IMG/VR virus record: IMGVR_UViG_3300037843_000309
Reading direction: 5' to 3' (one strand)
From: an uncultured virus (IMG/VR IMGVR_UViG_3300037843_000309)
Taxonomy: Duplodnaviria; Heunggongvirae; Uroviricota; Caudoviricetes
Length of the DNA: 64,000 bases
This document shows positions 56,796 through 64,000 of the stretch, one piece after another. Made by a program: the position numbers and the translations under genes. Positions within the stretch are counted from its first letter, which is position 1. Each line of letters starts with the position of its first letter. The notes under the pieces were generated by a model. That model saw only the letters and a program-made list of their open reading frames with translations. It was not told the origin of the DNA and searched no databases.

Positions 56796-58771
56796 AAACA
56801 GTCGGCTTGGTTCAAATCAACAACTCGTTTAGCGGGCAGAGCTACTTCCCCTACTCCGTCGGGGTGTTGCAGGCTTATGCCCAGAGGCACCTGCCGAACC
56901 CGGGCGACTTCAAGTTCCTCATCCCCATCTTCGAGCGCATCCCGGTGGAGAAGGCGGTCGAGCACCTGGCGCCGGCTGACATCGTGGGATTCAGCGCCTA
57001 CGTGTGGAATTTCCGGTTGTCTCTCGCCATCGCGCGCGAACTCAAGCGGCTCCGACCAGAAACCCTCATCGTGTTTGGCGGCCCCCAGGTGCCGAACTAT
57101 CCCGACAAGTTTATGGCGGAGAATCCTTTCGTGGACGTGGTGGTGCATAGCGAAGGGGAAAAGCCGTTCACTCAGATACTTGAAAACCTTGAAACTCGGG
57201 ATTGGAACGGTATCCCCTCGCTGAGTTATCGTGGCGCCGGAGGGTTGGTTCAAACCCCTCGCGTCGAGCGCATGCGGGATCTCGACAGCGTCCCCTCCCC
57301 CTACCTCGAAGGGACGTTCGACCCGCTCATGGAATCGCTTCCCGGCCGGAAGTGGATTGTGATTTGGGAGACGAATCGCGGATGCCCGTTTGGCTGCACG
57401 TTCTGCGACTGGGGCAGCAACATGCTCGCGAAGATCGGGAAATGGGGCTTGGAGCGCCTCAAAGCGGAAGTTGATTGGTTCGCGGAAAAGAAGATTTTCT
57501 ACGTGTTCAATGCCGACGCGAATTTCGGCATCCTGCCGCGCGACCTTGAAATCGCGGAGTACTTTGTCGCCACAAAGAAGCGGACGGATTACCCCTCGAA
57601 ATTCTCCGTCCAGAACACCAAGAGCACCACGCGGGACGCGATGGAAAAGTCGTGGCGCGTACAGAAAGTTCTTTCGGATGGGGGACTCAACCAGGGCGTG
57701 GTCGTGTCGATGCAGTCGCTTCACCCGCCGACCCTTGCCGCCATCAAGCGCGACAACATGAAGCCGGAATTCTTCAAGGAGATTCAGGAGCGCTTCACGA
57801 AGGGTGGGGTTGAGACGATGTCTGACCTCATCCTGGGATTGCCGGAAGAAACCTACGACTCGTTTGTGCGGGGGGTATCGAGCCTCATCGAGGGCGGGCA
57901 GCACAACCGCATCCAGTTCCAGAACCTATCGATCTTGCCGAACGCGGAGATGGGGGACCCGGCCTATCAGGAGCGGTACGGGATGGAGATGGTGACGTCC
58001 CGTATCGTCAATATCCACGGGTCAAAGGCTCAGGACGACGAGGTTCCCGAGATACAGCAACTGGTAATCGCGACCAAGGCGATGCCCCGCGCCGACTGGG
58101 TAAGGACGCGGGCGTTCGCGTGGTGGGTGAGCCTGCTGCACTTCGACAAGGTGCTTCAGGAGCCTCTGGTGCTGTGCCATGAATTTACGAGGCTTCCATA
58201 CCATATCCTCATTGAACTTTTCTCTGAGGAAGGAACTTTCCCGGAGTCAAGATTCCCTGAGATCGGTCGCCTGCGAAGGTTCTTCAGGGACAAGGCGCGT
58301 GACATCCAGAACGGCGGAGAGGAGTACTGCCACTCGAAAGACTGGCTCGATATTTGGTGGCCAGCCGATGAGTACGCGCTCATCCAAATGACTGTGGATG
58401 AAAGGCTTGGGGAGTTTTATGGGGAAGCGGAGAGAATTCTTTCCGCCGTTTGCTGCCATGGATTCCTTCGACCAAAATTCATTTCTGATTCCGTATTTCT
58501 GAGTCAGTCACTCCTAAAGCGTCCGTTCCAAACGGACGACTTAACCATCGTGCTTTCGTTGAGCGTGAGAGAACTTCACCGCATGGCCGTCGAGGGGAAG
58601 AGAGTTACGTTGCACACTGGTCAGTTCACCTACCGCATCGACCGCACCTCGGAGCGGTGGGACACATGGAATGACTGGTTCGAGCGCGTCATCTGGTGGG
58701 GAAACAAGCGAGGGGCGTATCAGTATAGTGCAGCACCTGCACTGGAGGTTGACCATGGCAACAATTCCTAA
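56792..58771 (+). CDS. B12-binding radical SAM enzyme
   Basis: PYSVGVL, GFSAYVWN, VFGGPQ, ETNRGCPFGCTFCDWG, DANFG, LILGLPEET. Confidence 0.9.
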   Translation: MKTVGLVQINNSFSGQSYFPYSVGVLQAYAQRHLPNPGDFKFLIPIFERIPVEKAVEHLAPADIVGFSAYVWNFRLSLAIARELKRLRPETLIVFGGPQVPNYPDKFMAENPFVDVVVHSEGEKPFTQILENLETRDWNGIPSLSYRGAGGLVQTPRVERMRDLDSVPSPYLEGTFDPLMESLPGRKWIVIWETNRGCPFGCTFCDWGSNMLAKIGKWGLERLKAEVDWFAEKKIFYVFNADANFGILPRDLEIAEYFVATKKRTDYPSKFSVQNTKSTTRDAMEKSWRVQKVLSDGGLNQGVVVSMQSLHPPTLAAIKRDNMKPEFFKEIQERFTKGGVETMSDLILGLPEETYDSFVRGVSSLIEGGQHNRIQFQNLSILPNAEMGDPAYQERYGMEMVTSRIVNIHGSKAQDDEVPEIQQLVIATKAMPRADWVRTRAFAWWVSLLHFDKVLQEPLVLCHEFTRLPYHILIELFSEEGTFPESRFPEIGRLRRFFRDKARDIQNGGEEYCHSKDWLDIWWPADEYALIQMTVDERLGEFYGEAERILSAVCCHGFLRPKFISDSVFLSQSLLKRPFQTDDLTIVLSLSVRELHRMAVEGKRVTLHTGQFTYRIDRTSERWDTWNDWFERVIWWGNKRGAYQYSAAPALEVDHGNNS

Positions 58772-58918
58772 CACTCCGCCGCCGGCGGAGCCGGAAGATT
58801 ACCGGAATTGTCTTCTGATGCGCTGCGAGTTCTGCGACTTCTACTGCAAGCGCAGCGAGCCGGAGGAGATGGAGAAACACCAAATCGAACACTTCGAGGG
58901 GCCGGAAGAAAAAACCAC

Positions 58919-58947
58919 TTGACACCAAATTGGTGCGGGTGGATACT
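58919..58947 (+). promoter_or_regulatory. sigma70-like promoter
   Basis: TTGACA-17 bp-GATACT. Confidence 0.55.
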
Positions 58948-58968
58948 CCGTAGCCAGAGGGAGGGAGC

Positions 58969-59307
58969 ATGCGAAAGCGCTGGGCGCGAGCCGTCGACAA
59001 GTTCAAGCACATCTTCTGCGCCGTTTTCGGACACTCAAACCTTGTCGTCATCTGCGCTCAGTTCCATGTCTGCCAAAGGTGTAATGAAGTTCTTGGCGAC
59101 TACGCAAACTGCTACCGGAATTCTCTTGCGGTGGAAATAAACTGCGACTGTCTTCGTTCCCGCTTAAATTGGGAACGCGCCACCTGGGTCGATAAGTTCA
59201 TGGCCCGAAAACCGGAATGGCTTGGATACCCAGAAGCCAATTCCTATAACGCAGAACAGCGGAGAATGAGGGACGAGATCGGAGTTCCTGTGTGGGTGCG
59301 TAAATGA
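58969..59307 (+). CDS. Hypothetical Cys-rich protein
   Basis: GAGGGAG RBS. C.VFGH...CQRC...LGD. Confidence 0.5.
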   Translation: MRKRWARAVDKFKHIFCAVFGHSNLVVICAQFHVCQRCNEVLGDYANCYRNSLAVEINCDCLRSRLNWERATWVDKFMARKPEWLGYPEANSYNAEQRRMRDEIGVPVWVRK

Positions 59308-59916
59308 AAAAGATTGGACGTCCACTACGCGAAATCACCGTCGAGCCGCTGGAGATGCCGGCGCCGCTACGAAGAGAGGTTCCCGATGCCGAACCCCAAC
59401 GAGTCGATAGTCCTCAGACGCCCCAAACGGTACCGGAAACCACGCCGCAACGCACTGCAAAAGTTGACGGGGAACCGCGCTCGCCTGGCATTCCAGTACC
59501 GGGTGATGCGGGAGTGTATTGCGGACCTGTTCATGGGTGGGATTCTCGAAAGACCCGTTGCGTCGAAGACTATTTCCGGGATTGATGAGTTGTACCGTCT
59601 GGAAGTGAAGGCGATAGATCAACGGGAAGAGTACCAGTCCCGGGTCCGAGCGATTCGCGGGTACGTCGAGGCGTCAGAGCGGGAGCAGCCGTTCGAGCCG
59701 GTTAGCAGTTTGCTTGAGGAATACAATGAGCGATGACATTCATGTAATCCGAGGGGTGGCGCGCGAACTCTCATCGGGGAACATCGCGAACGTCTACAAG
59801 GCGCACGACCGCATTGCGTCGGCCCTCAATTTCGCCGCCGATTCCATCGAGCGCCTCGAACATGAAGTTGCGGAACTCAAGAAGGGTAGTGCAGCACCTG
59901 CACTGAAAGGGAAACC

Positions 59917-60129
59917 ATGACCCAGAACGACGTGAAAGAGATGTTCAAGTACCACCCGGCGAACGCCGACCAGACCCAGAAGTACGAGAAGATCCGGAAG
60001 GCGGGCGAGGAACTCGCCATGGCCATCCTCGACTCTACCCCGCCGCGGTGCGAACAGGACGATGCGATAAACCATGTGCTGCACGCGGTGATGGCGGCGA
60101 ACGCCGCGATTGCGAGATACGGGAAATGA
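59917..60129 (+). CDS. Acb2/Tad1-like helical hairpin protein (candidate immune-signal sponge)
   Basis: FKYHPA...Q..KYEKIR...LA..I....P...E...AI......VMAANAAIAR pattern. Confidence 0.6.
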   Translation: MTQNDVKEMFKYHPANADQTQKYEKIRKAGEELAMAILDSTPPRCEQDDAINHVLHAVMAANAAIARYGK

Positions 60130-60473
60130 CAGTTACGATCCCATGGATACCGCCGACGCTCAATAAGACCTTGCGTATGCACTGGTCGAAGCGTCGGAAA
60201 CTTACTGAAACAGCATCAATTTATCTCGTAGGATGCGGACTTCGTCCTCGCACAGATGATTGTTTCAGGAAGGCCATGGTGACGATTCAGATGTTCCGTA
60301 AGAATCCCACTGACCGGGATGGAGCGCAAGGAGCGTGCAAGCCAATTTTTGATGCCATCACGCGCCTTGGATACACCAAAGACGATTCAGAAAGATGGAT
60401 GGAGCAAAACGTTCTTCCGGTAAAGGTTGACCGCAAGAACCCGCGAACCGAAATCACGATTGAGTATGTTTGA
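60126..60473 (+). CDS. RusA-like Holliday junction resolvase
   Basis: IPWIPPTLN...HW..R, D.D.....KPIFDA...G...DDS, PRTEITI. Confidence 0.7.
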   Translation: MTVTIPWIPPTLNKTLRMHWSKRRKLTETASIYLVGCGLRPRTDDCFRKAMVTIQMFRKNPTDRDGAQGACKPIFDAITRLGYTKDDSERWMEQNVLPVKVDRKNPRTEITIEYV

Positions 60474-60511
60474 CCCGCCCGTCGGCGGAATCTGAATTGA
60501 AGGAGAAGACA

Positions 60512-61027
60512 ATGAAAAGATATTTCGCAGCCTTATTTCTTGCCGCAGCGCTGGCCCTTGGCGTTGCCTGCGCAACCCCCACTTGGGTCACAACGGCCAT
60601 TGGCATCGCCCAAGCCGTGGTTCCCATTGCAGGTTCAATTGTGGACATTATTGACCCGGCACTTGCTCCTGCGGTTACGCTGGTGGAAAACGGATTCAGT
60701 GCGTTGGTCAACGTACTCAATTCCTACAAAGCTTCGCCCACAACTACCAACTTGCAGGCGGTCCAGGCGGCTCTTGCGGCAGTGAACGCCAACATCAAGC
60801 AACTGGAAACGTCGGCTGCCATCAAGAACCCTAAGACGGATGCGCAGATCGAGGGGATCATCCAGCTTCTATCGCAGGCGGTGACGGAGATTGCCGGGCT
60901 CGTTCCGGCTTCCGTGGCGGTGAAGGCGAAGGTGTCTGCGACCGGCGCCAAGGGTTTGACTGGTGATGATTTTAAGAAACAGTACAACGCCATCACGCAT
61001 GGCGATCCTCGATTCAAACCCATGTAG
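60512..61027 (+). CDS. Predicted lipoprotein (possible lysis module)
   Basis: MKRYFAALFLAAALALGVA-C lipobox-like sequence. AGGAG RBS. Confidence 0.55.
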   Translation: MKRYFAALFLAAALALGVACATPTWVTTAIGIAQAVVPIAGSIVDIIDPALAPAVTLVENGFSALVNVLNSYKASPTTTNLQAVQAALAAVNANIKQLETSAAIKNPKTDAQIEGIIQLLSQAVTEIAGLVPASVAVKAKVSATGAKGLTGDDFKKQYNAITHGDPRFKPM

Positions 61028-61030
61028 GAG

Positions 61031-62707
61031 GTGCCTGTGTTCGGACTGCCCGATATGAACGTCGAACGCGCGGCTGTTGCCAAGTATCAATCGGCAATGG
61101 CCGCGCTGGGTCCTGCTCCGGTTCCCATGACGATTGAGTATGCCTGGGCATGGATGGCCATTAAGGACCAGTTTCTTGCTGATGTCGGGGCAGGATTCCC
61201 GAAGCAGCAGGGGAAGCTGGGCAAGAAGGCGGCGAAGCGCGACCCCCGCAACCTTCGCATGGCGCGCTATGTCAACATTTCTACCATCCCTGAACCTCCA
61301 GCTATCGTGGACAATGCTCGCGGCATCAAGGATTGGGGGATGATGAAAAACGATTTGTTAGGGTGCTGCACGATCGCGGCCCTTGGCCATGCCTTCCAGA
61401 CGGCGGTAATTTCCCATATCGACCAAGGCTCTCCGGTGGGAGTAGACCCACCCGACGATGTGATTATTGAGAGTAAGTATGAGCAGTGGTGTGGGTACAA
61501 CCCTTCCGACCCATCGACCGACCAGGGTGGTGTTATGGGGGACGTACTCAATTCTCTCCGCGCTTCTGAGTTTGCAAATCGGAAGATCAAAGCCTTTGTG
61601 AGCGTCGACCCCACCGACCTTCATATGCTCCAAATCGCCTGCTGGCTGTTCAACGGCCTCTATGCCGGTGTGCAAATGCCGATTGCGTGGCAGGGAGAGC
61701 AGGTTTGGGATGCGGCACGGGGAGAGGACGGGTACCCAGGTTCGTGGGGAGGTCACTGCCTAGCACCAGGGACGAGAGTATTGACCAGCGATCTTCGTTG
61801 GCAACCAATCGAAAGCATCAGTATTGGCCAGGAACTCTTAGGGTTTACTGAGAACACCATAAAGAACAGGAGGTGGTATTGCCCATCTACTGTCATACAA
61901 ACTTCTGAACTTGATCTTCCTTGCTATGATTTGGAATTCTCGGACGGAACAAAAGTAAGGTGTTCTAGTGACCATATGTGGCTTCGTGGATATCCCTGCG
62001 GAGAATCCGCAAAGTGGATCAAAACGGAAGACATGGTGGTTGATGGTCGAAGGGTAAGCCACATATGCAAGCCTCTTGAGACATGGCCGAATACAAACTC
62101 ATGGGCTCTGGGTTACTTGGCTGCCGCCTTTGATGGAGAGGGATACCTTGCCAGGTCCAGGAATCGTCTTCATAAATTAGGATTCTGCCAGAGAAATAAC
62201 GAGATGTTGTCTACTGTCGAAAGTAGCTTGAGGTCCCTTGGATTTAAATTCAGAAAAGGAAGGCAAAGGAAAAACGGGATTGGAAAACAGGACTGCGTTT
62301 ACATTAACGTGCAAAGAAAGGCCCAGATGGTTAGACTCCTTGGGCAGTCCAGGCCACCCCGATTGCTTTCCAAATTTGACCCACTAATGCTTCGCATGAT
62401 GGACTCTCCGGTAAAGGTTAAATTGGTATCTAAAAGAGAATGTGGCGTCCAACGTGTTATCGCTCTCGGAACCAGCACAAGAACTTTTATTGCCGAGGGG
62501 TTGGCATCCCACAACTGCATCTGGATACCCAAGAGCCAGCCAGGGAGCAAGAATCCAATCTCGTGGGGGAGCAACTACACGATTACGGATGACGGTTTCT
62601 CCTACGTGGATGAGGTTTTCGCTCTACTGATGGAGGACGAGATTCCGCCCAAGGGATTCGATTTCGATATGTTGCTTTCGGATCTCGCGGTCGTTACGGT
62701 AAGATAA
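61031..62707 (+). CDS. Papain-like (C1) cysteine peptidase containing an intein
   Basis: WGMMKNDLLGCCTIAA (catalytic Cys), DQGG, GGH (catalytic His), ISWG after the insertion. Confidence 0.75.
   Translation: MPVFGLPDMNVERAAVAKYQSAMAALGPAPVPMTIEYAWAWMAIKDQFLADVGAGFPKQQGKLGKKAAKRDPRNLRMARYVNISTIPEPPAIVDNARGIKDWGMMKNDLLGCCTIAALGHAFQTAVISHIDQGSPVGVDPPDDVIIESKYEQWCGYNPSDPSTDQGGVMGDVLNSLRASEFANRKIKAFVSVDPTDLHMLQIACWLFNGLYAGVQMPIAWQGEQVWDAARGEDGYPGSWGGHCLAPGTRVLTSDLRWQPIESISIGQELLGFTENTIKNRRWYCPSTVIQTSELDLPCYDLEFSDGTKVRCSSDHMWLRGYPCGESAKWIKTEDMVVDGRRVSHICKPLETWPNTNSWALGYLAAAFDGEGYLARSRNRLHKLGFCQRNNEMLSTVESSLRSLGFKFRKGRQRKNGIGKQDCVYINVQRKAQMVRLLGQSRPPRLLSKFDPLMLRMMDSPVKVKLVSKRECGVQRVIALGTSTRTFIAEGLASHNCIWIPKSQPGSKNPISWGSNYTITDDGFSYVDEVFALLMEDEIPPKGFDFDMLLSDLAVVTVR
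61757..62515 (+). mobile_element. Intein (253 aa) with LAGLIDADG-type endonuclease motif
   Basis: Block A CLAPGTRVL, block B CSSDHMWL, GYLAAAFDGEG, block F/G TRTFIAEGLASHN followed by +1 Cys. AT-richer than the exteins. Confidence 0.92.
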
Positions 62708-62792
62708 CCCCTGCGCCTCCGGTCAGTCGCGGAGCGGGGTTGGGTGGTTGCCGGACCTGATGTTCCAACCCTGCGCGTATTAAGGAGAAGCC

Positions 62793-62993
62793 ATGAAGTT
62801 CCTTGGGGATAGAATCCAGATGACGCTGCGGTACCCGGTTGGACTCAAGGAAACCCTTGAGCGCCGCGCCGCAGCGATGGGCATCAGCGCGAATGAGTTG
62901 ATTTGCAGTGACGTGGAGCGCGGGAACAAGAACTTCGAGCGCCAGAACGGCGGAGAGGCGGTGAAGAGTGGAAGTCGCAAAACTCATAACTGA
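62793..62993 (+). CDS. Arc/RHH-like DNA-binding protein
   Basis: MTLRYPVGLKETLERRAAAMGISANELI. AAGGAG RBS. Confidence 0.65.
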   Translation: MKFLGDRIQMTLRYPVGLKETLERRAAAMGISANELICSDVERGNKNFERQNGGEAVKSGSRKTHN

Positions 62994-63459
62994 GATCGTT
63001 ATCTGTCTCGCTCTGGTGGTTATCGGCGGGGGGCTGCTGGGGACGGTGGTTTGGCTGACGCTCCGCCTGAAAGAGGCGATTGAGGCGCTCACCGCCATCT
63101 GCGAACTCTTTGAGAAGGTCATTGACAACGAAGCGGCAGTTGCGGCGAGCGCCGATGAGATGGCGGCGGCGGTAGGGGGGTTCAAGGCGACCGTTTCCGA
63201 GGATCTCAAGGCGGTGAAAGAGGCTGAGATGGCCCTCATTCGCATTGTGGCGAGCAATATCGTCACCCTCAAGGGGTTGTCGAATGTGGTGTCGGTGTTC
63301 GAGAAGAACCTGCTGGATGCCATCCCGAACCGGGAGAAGAAGAACTACGACGTGTCGCCGGAGATTGCGGGACTCAGCAAAGAACAACAAGAGGAACTCG
63401 AAGCGGCCGAAGTGTTGAGGGTGCAGACGGCGCGCGCCCCGGAGATCATCGCGACGTAG
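62968..63459 (+). CDS. Membrane-anchored coiled-coil protein
   Basis: N-terminal TM segment followed by helical repeats. Confidence 0.55.
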   Translation: MEVAKLITEIVICLALVVIGGGLLGTVVWLTLRLKEAIEALTAICELFEKVIDNEAAVAASADEMAAAVGGFKATVSEDLKAVKEAEMALIRIVASNIVTLKGLSNVVSVFEKNLLDAIPNREKKNYDVSPEIAGLSKEQQEELEAAEVLRVQTARAPEIIAT

Positions 63460-63468
63460 GAGGTTACT

Positions 63469-63876
63469 GTGGAAAAAGGCAGGCGAGGTTTTCTAAAATG
63501 GCTAGGGGTTGGTGGGGTAGCGGGAGCGGCATCAATTCTCCCGACTGGTGCAGTTCAACCTCAAGAGAAAGAGAAAATTTTCCTCAAGCATGTCTGCGAT
63601 TGCGGAAAAGAAATTGAGATTGAGGTTCCAAGTATTGAAGGAACAGAGGTCTACCTTTCCTGCGGTTCGTGCGGGCGCGCTCATTCCCTTCTATGGTCGG
63701 AGGGGGTGTTCAAGAACAGGCTCCAGTATTCAGGGGACACCTACGACACAAGTTGGATAACGCCTCTTGGCTCGGAGTGGAAAAACCTTCCCACCGTCGA
63801 AGCGTCGCCCAAAGAATTGGGTGTTGGGAAATGCCTTCGGTTCGATCCGGAAACAGGCAAGGAATCGGAAAGATGA
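63469..63876 (+). CDS. Twin-arginine-like N-terminus plus Zn-ribbon protein
   Basis: GRRGFLKWLGVGGVAGAA; CDCG...CGSCG. AGGAGG RBS. Confidence 0.55.
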   Translation: MEKGRRGFLKWLGVGGVAGAASILPTGAVQPQEKEKIFLKHVCDCGKEIEIEVPSIEGTEVYLSCGSCGRAHSLLWSEGVFKNRLQYSGDTYDTSWITPLGSEWKNLPTVEASPKELGVGKCLRFDPETGKESER

Positions 63877-64000
63877 AGCACATCTCATGGCTGGAAGCTG
63901 CGCGCGACGTTGACTGTATTGCCTGCCGGGTTAATGGGCGAAGCGGGGTCATGGTGCGGGAGTTCTCGAAACCCTCGCATCCATCCGAGTGCAGGGGCTG

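Larger units (their letters stand above)
1389..64000. repeat. Dispersed 17-bp palindrome AGTGCAG-N3-CTGCACT (30 complete copies plus 1 cut by the window end)
   Basis: Starts at 1389, 3420, 5678, 6859, 7231, 8365, 10456, 14705, 16342, 20042, 21230, 22286, 22972, 24493, 26179, 28666, 33345, 35868, 37159, 39312, 40425, 46070, 47041, 48374, 50263, 51274, 52676, 56308, 58727, 59888 and 63988 (truncated). Found by manual scan, so copies may have been missed. Confidence 0.95.

Noticed and set aside
46306..58771. Host chromosomal LPS/capsule locus flanking a prophage
   Set aside because: It is interleaved with phage-type genes, carries the same palindrome and promoter style, and shows no att site, integrase, flippase or polymerase genes.
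62707..62772. GC-rich inverted repeats after the peptidase gene as a terminator or tRNA
   Set aside because: No U-tract or cloverleaf, and the stems overlap and are imperfect. Support is insufficient.
1389..64000. Palindrome family interpreted as a CRISPR array or as intrinsic terminators
   Set aside because: Copies are 0.4-5.6 kb apart with whole genes between them, no cas genes are present, no U-tract follows, and several copies lie inside CDSs.
1..64000. Diversity-generating retroelement or retron
   Set aside because: No reverse transcriptase motifs and no template/variable repeat pair were noticed.

Overview
The whole 64 kb window reads as part of a dsDNA bacteriophage genome. No integrase, host housekeeping genes, terminase or major capsid gene were recognised inside it. 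Three blocks are visible. (1) 1-14.7 kb, + strand: virion/tail genes and probable internal (ejection) proteins, including a 2210-aa protein, plus a glycosyltransferase and an HNH nuclease. (2) 14.9-40.2 kb, - strand: early, replication and recombination genes (primase-helicase, replication initiator with iterons, Rad50-like ATPase, Bet/RecT-like recombinase, MBL hydrolase, SNF2 helicase, clamp-loader-like AAA+), a Mom-like DNA-modification gene, DUF5131, a Tad2-like gene, a tRNA-Lys(CTT) and many small ORFs. (3) 40.5-64 kb, + strand: small ORFs, then a roughly 12.5-kb nucleotide-sugar (GDP-heptose-type) biosynthesis and tailoring cluster interleaved with DNA methyltransferases and small genes, then an Acb2/Tad1-like gene, a RusA-like gene, a lipoprotein and an intein-interrupted papain-like peptidase. 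The most striking observations are: (a) a tRNA-Gly-like cloverleaf with CCA embedded inside the 5' coding region of the Mom-like gene; (b) a 17-bp palindrome AGTGCAG-N3-CTGCACT found about 31 times across the window, mostly at gene junctions; (c) the phage-borne heptose/branched-sugar pathway with two B12 radical SAM enzymes. All family assignments come from motif recognition by eye, not database searches.
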